From Dehalococcoidia bacterium UBA2991 (lineage in GTDB: Bacteria; Chloroflexota; Dehalococcoidia; Tepidiformales; Tepidiformaceae): 64,000 nucleotides of DNA. The translations under genes and the position numbers were made by a program. Below are positions 26,826-37,127 of this stretch, piece by piece. Below the pieces are notes generated by a model, which saw only the letters and a list, made by a program, of their open reading frames with translations, did no database searches and was not told the origin of the DNA. Positions within the stretch are counted from its first letter, which is position 1. Each line of letters begins with the position of its first letter. The stretch is from NCBI GenBank assembly GCA_002346645.1, contig DEAD01000011.1, positions 90,760-154,759 on the forward strand, read 5' to 3'.

Positions 26826-27785
26826 CTACAGATGGGCAACCTGTGGCGCGATCTCGGAGGCGAAGTACTCCGGCCCCTCGTCTGAGTCGAAGTCGATGTG
26901 TTGGAGGACAATCTCTTCTAAACCTAGGTCTGCAAGCTTTCCGAGCTTTTCGACAACCTCGTCGGTTGTGCCGCTGAGGACGCCTCTTCCCTCCATGCGC
27001 TCAATCATGACACTCGGTGACGTTTCAAGGTCGAGGCCGAAGTGAGCCATAGTTTTGGCCGAGATTGCTTTCAACGTGCGCACATTGGGTGCGGCAATGG
27101 GGAAAACCATCATCGAGCGAAAGATTGTCGTGGGATCACGTCCTAAGTCTTCGCAGTGCTGCTCCAGAACATCCAGCTTGTGTGCGTACCCCTCAGGCTC
27201 TGTGACAGTTACACAGTTCCACTCGTCGGCGTGTGCGGCTGCGATACGCAGTGTGCGTTTCTCTCCTGCTCCACCGATGAGGATGGGGGGTCTTCCCGTG
27301 GTAGGCTGCGGTTGATAGCCAGCCTCCTCTAGTTGGTAGAAACGTCCATTAAAGGAGGCTGGGCTTTCCCTCCACAATGTGCGCATAAGGCGCGTTGCCT
27401 CATCAAGTCGGTCGAAGCGCTCCTTTATTGGCGGGAAGGGGATACCGTAGGCTCTGTGTTCGGCCTCGTTCCAGCCAGCGCCGAGTCCCATGACAAAGCG
27501 TCCACCGCTCAGTAGGTCGATCTGTGCGGCCATGCGCGCGTCGTTCACCGGTCTTCGGAATGTAATAGGTGTGACCAACGCCCCGAATCGGAAGGAGTGT
27601 GGCTCCCGCGAGATCGCTGCGAATGAGAGCCACGCCTCCAGCGACTGCATCTCCCGGTTTCCGGTGAAGTAGTGATCAGAGCGGAATAGCGATGCGAATC
27701 CCAGTCGATCTGTGAGATTTGCTATGTGCAGCCAGCGTTCCCAAGTGAGATCGTTTTGCCCCTCGATCATTAGTCCCACACGCAT
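26826..27785 (-). CDS. LLM-class (luciferase-like) F420-dependent oxidoreductase
   Basis: 319 aa. MRVGLMIEGQ...WERWLHIANLTDRLGFASLFRSDHY and PPILIGGAGEKRTLRIAAAHADEWN fit the F420-dependent LLM pattern. Confidence 0.8.
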   Translation of the reverse strand: MRVGLMIEGQNDLTWERWLHIANLTDRLGFASLFRSDHYFTGNREMQSLEAWLSFAAISREPHSFRFGALVTPITFRRPVNDARMAAQIDLLSGGRFVMGLGAGWNEAEHRAYGIPFPPIKERFDRLDEATRLMRTLWRESPASFNGRFYQLEEAGYQPQPTTGRPPILIGGAGEKRTLRIAAAHADEWNCVTVTEPEGYAHKLDVLEQHCEDLGRDPTTIFRSMMVFPIAAPNVRTLKAISAKTMAHFGLDLETSPSVMIERMEGRGVLSGTTDEVVEKLGKLADLGLEEIVLQHIDFDSDEGPEYFASEIAPQVAHL

Positions 27786-27797
27786 AACCGCTCCTTC

Positions 27798-28235
27798 TCA
27801 GACTTGATCGTCTGAAGTCTGTTCATCTTGCCAGCGCCAGCCGACCACTCGTTTGAGGTTGAGGCGGATGAGCGGCAAGGATTCCAGGGTCATCTCTTGG
27901 TAGCGGGGATAGCGCTGTCGCAGCGCGTCCAACGCTGTCGGCCATTCCCTGCCCCGGTTTAGAACGACTGCTCTGCACTCGAGTCTCAGCCAGGCTAGTT
28001 GTTCCCAGCGTTCCTCATAGTGGTCGATGAGCAGAGTAACTCGTGGGTCGCGCTCCATGTTTACGACGCGGGCGAGCTTTCCACCGCGCTTGGGCTTTTC
28101 GTCTATGGCGATGGCGACATCTCCTTCGATAAAGGCGAAGCACACTGGCACGAGTTGCGGGATCCCGTTGCGCCCAATCGTGCCAAGCACTCCTGAACGT
28201 TCGTCCTCCAGCAGTTGTGTTTGCCATGCTTCCAT
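27798..28235 (-). CDS. PPOX-class (pyridoxamine 5'-phosphate oxidase-like) probable F420-dependent enzyme
   Basis: 145 aa. GVLGTIGRNGIPQLVPVCFAF..GDVAIAIDEKPK and RDPRVTLLIDHY are split-barrel flavin/deazaflavin-binding patterns. Confidence 0.7.
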   Translation of the reverse strand: MEAWQTQLLEDERSGVLGTIGRNGIPQLVPVCFAFIEGDVAIAIDEKPKRGGKLARVVNMERDPRVTLLIDHYEERWEQLAWLRLECRAVVLNRGREWPTALDALRQRYPRYQEMTLESLPLIRLNLKRVVGWRWQDEQTSDDQV

Positions 28236-28302
28236 TGGACGCAGGGTGCAGGGGAGTGCTTGGCCTGTCCAGCCAAAGCCCCTCCTGGCGTACAGTGCCG
28301 GT

Positions 28303-29244
28303 ATGGCGCGGATCGTGATTGCAGGGGATTTTGGCGGGACGAATCTGCGTGCCGCTCTCGTGACTGAAACCGGTGAGATTCTGGTTCGTCACGAGGTTAG
28401 CACTACTCCAGATGCTTCTCCGGATGGGGCCCTTGAAGGTATTGGTGATCTCCTGATGAAGGTCCGGGATTACGGCTCGGAACTTCCCGTGGCTGCCTCC
28501 CTGGCTGTGGCTGGCCTAATTGATGGAGAAAACGGTAGGGTCCTGGCTTCTCCAAATATCCCAGCGTTTCGTAATCTTGGCCTGACGCTTCCCCTTTCCG
28601 AGCGGCTTGGCATTCCTGTTTTAATTGCAAATGACGCTTCTGCCGCCGCGCTCGGTGAGTTCCGATTCGGTGCCGGGCAGGGCACTCGGCACCTTCTTCA
28701 CGCTACCCTTGGGACTGGAATAGGTGGCGGCATTGTCATCGACGGACGCCTTTACAAGGGAACGCAGGGGCTGGCTGGAGAACTGGGTCATATCGTGTTG
28801 GATACAGACGGACCGCCCTGTGGGTGTGGATCCAGGGGCTGCCTGGAGGCAATGGCCGGTGGGATTGCCTTGGGAAGGCGGGCCCAGCGCCTCGTCGAAT
28901 CCGGTGGTGCCCCCATTCTTGCGGAGATCGCGTCTGGTCGTTCTGCGACAGCTGGTGACCTCGCAGAGGCCGCCCGGCGTGGTGAAGTGGCCGCTATTGC
29001 TGAGATTCGAGAGGGTGGCCACATCATCGGTATAGGGCTGGGCAGCATTATCAACGTCCTTAATCCCGATGTCGTCACACTCTCCGGCGGCCTTCTCGGC
29101 ATGGGCGACTTTCTGCTCGACCCTCTCCGAGCTGGTTTGGCCTCTCTCGCCTTTGGTCCTGCGGCAAACACCCCTGTCCGTATCAGTACCCTCGGTGCGG
29201 ATGCGGGCCTGCTGGGCGCGGCAGCGGTTGCCCTGGCTAAGTAA
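28303..29244 (+). CDS. ROK family glucokinase/sugar kinase
   Basis: MARIVIAGDFGGTNLRAAL (ATP site) and the zinc motif GELGHIVLD...CGCGSRGCLE. The track ORF begins at 28027, but that extension is antisense to the PPOX gene. The ATG at 28303 gives a 313-aa protein. Confidence 0.87.
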   Translation: MARIVIAGDFGGTNLRAALVTETGEILVRHEVSTTPDASPDGALEGIGDLLMKVRDYGSELPVAASLAVAGLIDGENGRVLASPNIPAFRNLGLTLPLSERLGIPVLIANDASAAALGEFRFGAGQGTRHLLHATLGTGIGGGIVIDGRLYKGTQGLAGELGHIVLDTDGPPCGCGSRGCLEAMAGGIALGRRAQRLVESGGAPILAEIASGRSATAGDLAEAARRGEVAAIAEIREGGHIIGIGLGSIINVLNPDVVTLSGGLLGMGDFLLDPLRAGLASLAFGPAANTPVRISTLGADAGLLGAAAVALAK

Positions 29245-29448
29245 GGTCATATCGTTCCATGGTGCTGGAGTGGTAGATGTTTTAGAAGGGGAGATTTCTC
29301 CAAAAGGTGGAGGAAATTGAGGGACGAGAGCTTGGACGGTCCCTAAGGTTGGTAATGTCACCCTTCAACTACTTGTCTGAGCCCTCCAAGAAATCCTGCC
29401 TTTTCCGCTGTCGAGTCCCCGCTCGACCCGGGCTAAGATACGGAGGAA

Positions 29449-29524
<76 letters not shown>

Positions 29525-29585
29525 CTTTGCTGTAGCCCCTCGTCCCCCTAGCGGGGTAGGATCCCTTTCCCAGCAAGGAGAGAGC

Positions 29586-30647
29586 GTGATGAAGGTTGGT
29601 AATACTTATCGCGCGGGATGGCTCGGGGAGGCTGGCCCCTCAGCGAGAAAGCTCGAAGAGCTTGGTTATGACTACGCTGGTACAGGCGAGATGGCGCATG
29701 ACCCCATGGTGCTGGCAACTGCTGCAGCACTAGCAACGGAGAGGGTTGAGATCGGCACTCTTGCTATTGCCTTCGCCCGCGCCCCTATGGTGCTCGCAAT
29801 GGGGGCCTGGGATTTGCAGCAAGCAACAGGTGGCCGCTTCGCCCTCAGTCTTGGTAGCCAAGTAAAGGGACATATACAGCGGCGATTTGGTATGCCATGG
29901 AGTGCTCCTGCCCCCCGCATGCGTGACTACATCCGTACTCTGCATGCTATCTGGAGTTCTTTCGATTCGGGTGATAGGCCGGATTACGTTGGTGAGACAT
30001 ACCAATTCACCCTAATGAATCCGCTCTTCCACCCCGGTCCTAATGGTTTCCTTCGCCCCAAGGTTTTTCTCGCCGCTGTTGGTGAGGGTATGACTCGTGT
30101 GGCTGGAGAGGTAGCTGATGGTGTTCTCCCCCATGGATTCACTACTGATAAGTACATGCGAGAGGTCTTCCTTCCGAATGTAGCCAAGGGTCTTGAACGT
30201 GGGGGGCGCACATGGGATGACATTGAGGTAACGGGGGGTGGGTTCGCAGTCTTTGGGGAGGACGAGTCTCAGATCGAACAGAAGCTAGACTCGCTCCGTC
30301 AGCCGATCTCCTTCTACGGCTCAACCCGCAGTTACCACGATGTTTGGCGTGTACATGGCTGGGAAGATTTGGGAATGCAGCTACATTCCATGTCGCTGCA
30401 GGGGAAGTGGGAAGAAATGAAGACAATTATTCCCGAGGACGTCTTGCGTGAGTTTGCGCAGACATCCACCTATGATCGCCTACCTCAGTTCGTGGCTGAG
30501 CACCGAGAGTACTCAAGTCGCATGAACTTGGAGATGCCTGTGGAGACCCACTCTCAGCGTGAGCGCTTCCAGCATGTCTTGCGCGAGGTTCAGAAGGTTG
30601 AAACGCCTCGCATCCCCCGTGGGCTTTCTGGTCTGGATCCGGTGTAA
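29586..30647 (+). CDS. LLM-class probable F420-dependent oxidoreductase
   Basis: 353 aa. LEELGYDYAGTGEMAHDP...GGRFALSLGSQVKGHIQRRFGMPW fits the luciferase-like TIM-barrel family. Confidence 0.75.
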   Translation: MMKVGNTYRAGWLGEAGPSARKLEELGYDYAGTGEMAHDPMVLATAAALATERVEIGTLAIAFARAPMVLAMGAWDLQQATGGRFALSLGSQVKGHIQRRFGMPWSAPAPRMRDYIRTLHAIWSSFDSGDRPDYVGETYQFTLMNPLFHPGPNGFLRPKVFLAAVGEGMTRVAGEVADGVLPHGFTTDKYMREVFLPNVAKGLERGGRTWDDIEVTGGGFAVFGEDESQIEQKLDSLRQPISFYGSTRSYHDVWRVHGWEDLGMQLHSMSLQGKWEEMKTIIPEDVLREFAQTSTYDRLPQFVAEHREYSSRMNLEMPVETHSQRERFQHVLREVQKVETPRIPRGLSGLDPV

Positions 30648-30672
30648 TTCTGGGGTCATAGCTGAGTGAGGC

Positions 30673-31617
30673 GTGTACCAAAGTATGGATACCGTAGCAG
30701 TAGTCGGCGCTGGCGCTGTGGGCTCTTACTACGGTGCTCGTCTTTCACAGGCCGGTCACGATGTTCACTTCCTTCTACGTCGCGACTATGAAGCTGTAGC
30801 CAAACAGGGTCTTCGCATCGAGTCCCACCACGGTGATTTTTATATAGAGTCGCCCACTATTTCCCGCGACTCCTCGGCTATTGGTCCTGTGGATTGGGTG
30901 CTATGCGCCCTTAAGGCAACGTCCTTAGGTGAGGCTTCTGCTCTCGTTCGCCCATGTCTTGGGCCCGAGACAAGGGTGCTCGCCATTGTGAACGGGCTGG
31001 GAATTGAGGAGGAGCTTGCGAGAGTTCTGGATAGAGAAAACATCTTTGGGGGTCTCGCGTTCACATGTATCAATCGGGGTGAGCCAGGGGTCATCCACCA
31101 TTACGACTATGGGCAGGTAGTCATCGGTCATCTTGGGGATGACCCCGTCGAGCTCGAGCGTGCCCTCGCTCTTTGGCAGGGAGCTACGGTTGAAGTCTCT
31201 AGGGCTCCCTCACTTCTCCGTGCCCGCTGGGAGAAGCTCTGCTGGAATGTTCCTTTTAATGGGCTCACTGTTGCCGAGGGAGGCATCACAACCGAGTTGA
31301 TTGTCACTGACTCCACTCTTCGCAAAGAGGCGTGTGCTCTTATGGAGGAGGTGGTCAAGGCTGGAAACGCGGACCTTGCTGCCCGAGATAACCCGGAGCG
31401 TATCGATGGCGAGGAGGTCATTACCCGTATGTTCACTCTCACCGATGCGATGGGACCTTACCGTCCCAGCACGCTAATCGACTTTCTTGAGGGACGTCGC
31501 ATCGAAGTCGATGCTATCTTCGGCGAGCCTGTTCGCCGCGCCCGTGCCCTTGGTGTGGAAACTCCCCGTCTAGAGAGGCTTGCTGCTCTTCTATCTACTC
31601 TTAACCCTGAGGCCTAG
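30673..31617 (+). CDS. panE: 2-dehydropantoate 2-reductase
   Basis: 314 aa. VAVVGAGAVGSYYGARLSQAGHDV (Rossmann fold) and the ApbA/PanE C-terminal domain (PSTLIDFLEGRRIEVDAIFGEP). Confidence 0.85.
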   Translation: MYQSMDTVAVVGAGAVGSYYGARLSQAGHDVHFLLRRDYEAVAKQGLRIESHHGDFYIESPTISRDSSAIGPVDWVLCALKATSLGEASALVRPCLGPETRVLAIVNGLGIEEELARVLDRENIFGGLAFTCINRGEPGVIHHYDYGQVVIGHLGDDPVELERALALWQGATVEVSRAPSLLRARWEKLCWNVPFNGLTVAEGGITTELIVTDSTLRKEACALMEEVVKAGNADLAARDNPERIDGEEVITRMFTLTDAMGPYRPSTLIDFLEGRRIEVDAIFGEPVRRARALGVETPRLERLAALLSTLNPEA

Positions 31618-31769
31618 TTACTAGGCCCATGGCGCCTTCGATAAAGGTAATTGGCCTTGGATTGATGAAACTGTCTAGGACGGTTTGTTTTTCGGCACCC
31701 TTGTCGGACCTATTTTCAACCCCCTGACCCGCCCCGCTCGCGTATCCTTTTCTGCGGACGGAGAGACAT

Positions 31770-32963
31770 ATGCAGCTTCCCTGGCGGCTCAAGTTTGGCC
31801 TCTTCATGGCTCCTTACCACCCTGTTAACGACAGTATGACCCTTACCATCCGTCGGGATATCCGCACAATCCAGTGGCTCGATGAGCTTGGTTACGACGA
31901 GGTTTTTATAGGTGAGCACCACTCTGGGGGCTGGGAACCTATTTCTAGCCCGGAGGTGTTTATTGCTCATGTGGCCCAGGAAACGGAGTCAATCAAGCTA
32001 GGTACAGGGGTTGTTTCTATGGGCTACCACAGCCCGTATATGTTGGCGGAACGCATTCTTCTTCTTGACCACCTCACGCGAGGTCGCGTCATGCTTGGTG
32101 TCGGACCGGGGGCAACTGCGCCTGATAATGCTCAGTTTGGCTTCGACGCGACTGAACTTCGCCCTCGCCTTGATGAGGGCCTTGGAGTCGTACTGCGCCT
32201 TCTGCGTGGCGAGGAGGTCACACACACCAGTCCCGGCTGGTTTACTCTCAAGAACGCCTCTTGTCAGCTCCAGCCTTACCACGAAGAAGGCATCCCGGTA
32301 TTTCTGGCCACGACCTCCTCGCCAGGGGGCGCTGTCATTGCTGGAAAACATGGTGTTGGAATTCTCTCAGGTGGTTCTTTCCAACCACTAGGTCCCGGTC
32401 TCAAGAGCACTTGGGATACCGCTGTGGATTCTGCGGCCCAGAATGGTAAGACTTTAAGTCGGCGTGACTACCGCGTCATGACTCGCATCTACGTTGCTGA
32501 GAGTCGTGAACAGGCTTGTAAAGACATGACGAGAGGTCTTTATCAGTTCGACCGGGACTACATTTCCGGCACTCTTGGGCGTCCGTTCACGTATGAAGGT
32601 CCTCCTGAGGACTATGCGAAATGGTGCGTAGAGAATGGTAGTGCCCTCTTTGGTTCGCCCGAAGAGGTTACGGCTAGTCTTGAACGCCTATGGGAGTCGA
32701 GCAATGGTGGTATTGGGGGCATTCTTCTCATGGGTAACGAGTTTGCTTCTCCTGAGCGAATGCGGAATCACTATGAGCTTCTTGCCCGCTACGTGATGCC
32801 TCACTTTCAGGGCTCGTTTGAAAGGCCCATGCGTTCCCATTCTCGAGCAGTGACAGAGCGCGTTGTAAACAACCAGAACGAGGCTAATGCAACTGCGGCA
32901 GCTATTCGTGCCGCTGGCGGTGAGGTTCCCCCAACCATCCTGGGTACCTCCGTGGAACAATAA
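31770..32963 (+). CDS. LLM-class flavin-dependent monooxygenase/oxidoreductase
   Basis: 397 aa. LGYDEVFIGEHHS and GRVMLGVGPG are luciferase-like monooxygenase patterns. Confidence 0.75.
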   Translation: MQLPWRLKFGLFMAPYHPVNDSMTLTIRRDIRTIQWLDELGYDEVFIGEHHSGGWEPISSPEVFIAHVAQETESIKLGTGVVSMGYHSPYMLAERILLLDHLTRGRVMLGVGPGATAPDNAQFGFDATELRPRLDEGLGVVLRLLRGEEVTHTSPGWFTLKNASCQLQPYHEEGIPVFLATTSSPGGAVIAGKHGVGILSGGSFQPLGPGLKSTWDTAVDSAAQNGKTLSRRDYRVMTRIYVAESREQACKDMTRGLYQFDRDYISGTLGRPFTYEGPPEDYAKWCVENGSALFGSPEEVTASLERLWESSNGGIGGILLMGNEFASPERMRNHYELLARYVMPHFQGSFERPMRSHSRAVTERVVNNQNEANATAAAIRAAGGEVPPTILGTSVEQ

Positions 32964-33027
32964 ACCCAGTCCCGGAAAACTTGAGGTGAGGGTAGACTCC
33001 GCTCGCTAGAGTGCTGGAGGCCCAACC

Positions 33028-35094
33028 ATGCCCCTCGACCACGTCTTCCGCCCCATTGCTGTTAACAAGACTGAATTTCGTAACCGCGTAGTGCGCTCCG
33101 CTCACGGAACTGGTCTTGGCCGGGGAGAGGTAAACGACGACCTCATTGCCTATCACGAAGCGCGTGCCCGGGGGGGGGTGGCGATGAGCATTCTCGAAGC
33201 CTCTTCTGTCCATCCCATTTCGGGCCTTGGAGGAGTTGCTGCGTATTCAGATGCAATGATTCCTGGCTACAAGCGACTTGCTGAGGCCACTCATCGCCAC
33301 GGAATGGTGATGATGCAGCAACTCATTCACACTGGAGCACACGCCGTTCCTGCCGATGGCAGCCCCCCTTGGGCTCCGTCTGCCATCCCTAGTGTCCGGC
33401 ATCTACGTATGTCTGAGGGACAAGGGGATGTTCCTATTGAGATGACCCAGGCAATGATCGACGAAACGATCGCTGCCTATGCGGCCGCTGCCCGAAGAGC
33501 TCAGGAAGGCGGACTTGACGGTGTTGAGATGCACTATGGTCATAGTTTCCTCATCATGCAGTTTCTTTCGCCGACGACGAATCGGCGTACCGACAAGTAC
33601 GGGGGCAGCCCAGAGAATCGCTGGCGCTTTGGTAAGGAGATTGCTGCTGCAATCAGAGAAGCTACTGGTCCAGACTTCATAATTGGGGCCAGACTAAGTG
33701 GTCGAGAAGGCGTGCCTGGTGGGCTTGAGCCCCAGGATTGCAGAGAAATAGCACTTGATCTTGAGGCTACTGGTCTAGTCGACCTCTTTAGTATCTCGAC
33801 TGCCGGCTACCTTGACTTCGACCGCCTTATCGGTGGGATGCATGAGAAACATGAGTATGAGCTTCCCTGGAGTGCTCCCGCCAGCCGTGCCCTTACTAAG
33901 CCAACATTCGTCGTAGGCCGAATACTCACCCTTGCTGAGGCTGATGCACTTATTGCTAGAGGCGATGCTGACATGGTCTCCATGATTCGCGCTACCATCG
34001 CCGATCCAGAGATCGTGCGGAAAACCCAGGAGGGTCGTGTCGATGACGTACGGCCCTGCCTTGGCTGTAACCAAGGTTGTATTGGTGGTTCAACGGGACC
34101 TCTGATGCAGTTCGGCTGTGTAGTCAACGTGGGTGCCGGTCAGGAGCTTCGTTACGGTGACGACAAGATTTCCATGGTTGGCGAGGGCAAGAGGGTCCTT
34201 GTGGCGGGGGGTGGCCCTGCGGGCTTGGAGGCAGCCCGCGTAGCGGCACTTCGTGGGCACCACGTTACCCTTTGCGAGGCCAGTGACGGCCTTGGCGGTC
34301 AGGTGAAGCTTGCCCGCAAGGCGCCTACTCGGGATGAATTCGGTAAAGATGTCGACTGGTGCGAGGCTCAGCTGCGCAAGCTTGAGGTTGATATTCGCCT
34401 CGAGACGCGCGTTGACCGAGAGCTTATTGATATTGAAATGCCTGATGCTGTCATTGTCGCGACAGGGTCCATCCCTCGCCGGGATGGTTTCCAGGCTGCT
34501 CGTCCCGGCAGTCCTGTTGAAGGCATGGATCTTGACAATGTTTTCACCAGCTGGGAGGTAATGAGTGACGAGGCTGACCCTGGTGAAACCGCTTTGGTTT
34601 TCGACGATGTTGGGCACTTCGAGGCGATTGCGGTAGCTGAGTACCTTTTGGAAAAAGGGGTCGCTGTCATCTTTGCGACTGCCTATACCAGTGTTGGGCC
34701 ACAAACTGCTGGGGCATTGATGCGGGACCCGGCTCTCCGCCGTCTCACTGACCATCGCAGTGGTTTCACGCTGGTTCCCCGTATGCAGCTGGAAAAGGTG
34801 TCTGATAGGACAGTAACTCTGCGTAGCCTCGACTCGGGTCAAGATCATGAGTACGAAGCAGATAGTGTCGTGGTTCTTTCCGGGAATGTCGCTAATCGTG
34901 GCCTTGCCGATGCCCTTGATGGTTACGAAGGGGAAGTTGTTGTCATTGGAGATGCCTTAGCGCCGCGGCGGATCGAGAGAGCCGTGCATGATGGCCACTA
35001 CGCTGGCTTAGGTGTCGGCAGCGAGGAGGCCGGGACCAGTTGGTCAGGGCGCGCAGTTACTCCTCCCCCCAACCCTCTTTCAGGGGGTGGTTAG
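33028..35094 (+). CDS. OYE-type NADH:flavin oxidoreductase fused to an FAD/NAD(P)-binding domain (2,4-dienoyl-CoA reductase FadH-like)
   Basis: 688 aa. N-terminal OYE TIM barrel (GVEMHYGHSFLIMQFLSP..N.RTD.YGGS), Fe-S motif RPCLGCNQGC, then the Rossmann motif VLVAGGGPAGLEAA. Confidence 0.88.
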   Translation: MPLDHVFRPIAVNKTEFRNRVVRSAHGTGLGRGEVNDDLIAYHEARARGGVAMSILEASSVHPISGLGGVAAYSDAMIPGYKRLAEATHRHGMVMMQQLIHTGAHAVPADGSPPWAPSAIPSVRHLRMSEGQGDVPIEMTQAMIDETIAAYAAAARRAQEGGLDGVEMHYGHSFLIMQFLSPTTNRRTDKYGGSPENRWRFGKEIAAAIREATGPDFIIGARLSGREGVPGGLEPQDCREIALDLEATGLVDLFSISTAGYLDFDRLIGGMHEKHEYELPWSAPASRALTKPTFVVGRILTLAEADALIARGDADMVSMIRATIADPEIVRKTQEGRVDDVRPCLGCNQGCIGGSTGPLMQFGCVVNVGAGQELRYGDDKISMVGEGKRVLVAGGGPAGLEAARVAALRGHHVTLCEASDGLGGQVKLARKAPTRDEFGKDVDWCEAQLRKLEVDIRLETRVDRELIDIEMPDAVIVATGSIPRRDGFQAARPGSPVEGMDLDNVFTSWEVMSDEADPGETALVFDDVGHFEAIAVAEYLLEKGVAVIFATAYTSVGPQTAGALMRDPALRRLTDHRSGFTLVPRMQLEKVSDRTVTLRSLDSGQDHEYEADSVVVLSGNVANRGLADALDGYEGEVVVIGDALAPRRIERAVHDGHYAGLGVGSEEAGTSWSGRAVTPPPNPLSGGG

Positions 35095-35156
35095 CCGGTC
35101 TAGGGGTGGGTTTGGCCAGCTCCAGCGTTAGCTGTTCCTGAAAACTATAGAAGAGG

Positions 35157-36080
35157 TTATTCCGGGCCTGTCCCTAGCTCGCGGTTGTTCCACTCCTCCC
35201 AGAGCTTTACCACTTCGGCTACGGAGGCTGATCCTCCCAAGAGTTGTTCGGCGTCGCGCCAAAGGTTGCGTGTACTAGTCAGAATCGGAGTCTCCATACT
35301 CAGGGCCTCGGAAACCCCTGCCGCGATGCCAACGTCTTTCGCCATTAATCCCACAGTGAATCCGACATTGAAGCTCCGATTAAGAATGTCTTGGGCAACC
35401 TGGCCCTCTGTGTTCGCATTTCGTCCTGACGAGGAGTTCAACACATCGATCATTTGTGCCGGATCTAAGCCCATTCTGTCGCCGACAATTAGCGCCTCGC
35501 AGGCCGCTGACAGGCCTACTGCGGAGCAGTAGTTATTAAGCGCCTTCATGGTATGCCCCGTTCCTGATGCACCCATCTCGTAAATTGCTCGTCCTAGCTG
35601 CTCAAGCACTGGGCGGCAGCGGGCAACTTGGTCCGCTTCACCTCCCGCCATAATGGATAGAGAGCCCTTTTGGGCGCCCACTACCCCACCGGAAACTGGC
35701 GCATCGACTAGGGAAATATTGTGATCTTGTAGGTCCTTCCCGAGTTGGCGTGTGCCCAATGGGGCTGAGCTACTCATATCTATGAGGACGCTTCCCGCTT
35801 TCATTCCACCTATCAGACCGTCCCTGCTTCCCAGGGTTACTTCGCGCACTATGTCCCCGTTTGGGAGCATCGTTATCACCGCATCGCTATGCTCCCCTAT
35901 TTCCCGAAGACTGGTTGTTGCAGTGGCTCGGTGCTCTGCTGCGAACGAAGCCGCCAGCTCTGTCTGGGCATCGTGAACTTTTAGCGTGTAGTTAGTATCG
36001 AGTAAGTGGGCCATCGGCCACCCCATGTTCCCCAGCCCCACGAAGCCAATGCGGGTGATTTCTTCTCTTGACTCATTCAT
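35157..36080 (-). CDS. NAD(P)-dependent 3-hydroxyisobutyrate dehydrogenase family oxidoreductase
   Basis: IGFVGLGNMGWPMA, VDAPVSGG and MKALNN motifs. The track ORF extends to 36176 inside the upstream gene. The ATG at 36080-36078 (MNESREE...) overlaps the upstream stop by 8 nt. Confidence 0.85.
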   Translation of the reverse strand: MNESREEITRIGFVGLGNMGWPMAHLLDTNYTLKVHDAQTELAASFAAEHRATATTSLREIGEHSDAVITMLPNGDIVREVTLGSRDGLIGGMKAGSVLIDMSSSAPLGTRQLGKDLQDHNISLVDAPVSGGVVGAQKGSLSIMAGGEADQVARCRPVLEQLGRAIYEMGASGTGHTMKALNNYCSAVGLSAACEALIVGDRMGLDPAQMIDVLNSSSGRNANTEGQVAQDILNRSFNVGFTVGLMAKDVGIAAGVSEALSMETPILTSTRNLWRDAEQLLGGSASVAEVVKLWEEWNNRELGTGPE

Positions 36081-36456
36081 TGTTTTCAAACTCCGCAAAA
36101 ATTTCCCGCGCAACGCGGAAGCCATCAAGTGCTGCTGGAGCACCGCAGTAGACTGCTGATTGGAGAAGTGCCTCACGGATTTCCTCGCGGGTCAGGCCAT
36201 TGTTGAGTGCCCCACGGATGTGCAATCGAAGTTCGTGGGGGCGGTTGAGGGCCGTCAACATTCCTAGGTTTAGCAAGCTACGGTCTCGGCGTGATAGTCC
36301 TGGTCGTCCCCAGATTGCTCCCCAAGCGTGTTCCGTAACCAATTCCTGTAGTGGCATGGTGAATTCATCGGCCTGAGCGAGTGAGTTATCGACGTATTCG
36401 TGGCCAAGCACCTCTCGCCGGATTGCTAGGCCCTTTTCAAACATTTCTGAAGTCAT
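36073..36456 (-). CDS. Carboxymuconolactone decarboxylase (AhpD-like) family protein
   Basis: 127 aa. WGAIWGRPGLSRRDRSLLNLGMLTALNR..ELRLHIRGALNNGLT.EEI.E.LLQSAVYCG.P is the gamma-CMD (PcaC-like) pattern. Confidence 0.85.
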   Translation of the reverse strand: MTSEMFEKGLAIRREVLGHEYVDNSLAQADEFTMPLQELVTEHAWGAIWGRPGLSRRDRSLLNLGMLTALNRPHELRLHIRGALNNGLTREEIREALLQSAVYCGAPAALDGFRVAREIFAEFENNE

Positions 36457-36584
36457 GCCCTCTCCTTCCCCTGCGTTGGAATGCGGACAGCTGGAGCCTA
36501 CCCCTAAGCTCTCTCAATTGGTACGCGCGGTAGGGCCTGGCTTTAGCTTCGGGTAGTGCGTAGGTTGCGGACTAGGGAAAGGCC

Positions 36585-37115
36585 TTATGTGGTTGGTGCG
36601 TGTTGCGTCCAGCTTGCCATTGGGTACAAGGTTCTCCTGGCTATGCGCCATCCCCGCTCCGTTCTGATCGTGCGGTCCACGTAGGTTAGGAGTACCACGA
36701 GCACATCTCCTGTGGGTTGGAGGTGTGAGGCATGCATATAAGTTGACATGTCGGCGCTTTCGCCGTCTTCGCTGGGGACGATATTGACGCTGCCGAGCAA
36801 GTGCTGCGTAGCCACGTGCCCTGCTCCTCGAAAGGTGTCCTCCACGAACCCTACCCATTCGTCGGGCCCTGTGCGCTGCGTCTCGGGGTTGCCTGCAATC
36901 GAGATTTTGGCATCTGATGTGAATGTCTCGTGGTAAAGCGCCCGCCCTGTTTCAGGCTCATCTCGTCCTATGGCATCCGTTCCTAGCGCATAGTTCACTG
37001 CAAGTTGTCGGATGGAACTCTCCATGGCAGGCCAGTTGGGTTGATCACTGCCGCCTGCTGTCTGTAGAACGCGCGGTGTTTGGTTGCCCATGCTGCGAGT
37101 ATACGGAGAGCTCAA
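36585..37115 (-). CDS. SnoaL-like (NTF2 superfamily) protein
   Basis: 176 aa. IRQLAVNYALGTDAIG... and the C-terminal ERGWRIARRTL are typical of SnoaL_4-type proteins. Confidence 0.6.
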   Translation of the reverse strand: MSSPYTRSMGNQTPRVLQTAGGSDQPNWPAMESSIRQLAVNYALGTDAIGRDEPETGRALYHETFTSDAKISIAGNPETQRTGPDEWVGFVEDTFRGAGHVATQHLLGSVNIVPSEDGESADMSTYMHASHLQPTGDVLVVLLTYVDRTIRTERGWRIARRTLYPMASWTQHAPTT

Positions 37116-37127
37116 CAGCCTTGGGGC

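Noticed and set aside
28027-28302. 5' extensions of track ORFs (ROK 28027, gatB 50119, DUF62 54831, nitroreductase 40627, HIBADH 36176, thyX 7825, mutY 60188)
   Set aside because: The extensions overlap neighbouring genes or lack homology-type sequence. Internal starts with SD motifs or ATGA coupling give family-typical N-termini.
28621-29361. 246-aa minus-strand ORF antisense to the ROK kinase. Similar long antisense ORFs occur at 43602..44315, 46579..47313, 34090..34848, 17935..18633, 11675..12271, 5252..5725 and 60239..61045.
   Set aside because: Each lies fully opposite a gene with clear family motifs. They have Arg/Ser/Pro/Gly-rich low-complexity translations typical of shadow ORFs in GC-rich DNA, and none shows a recognisable motif.
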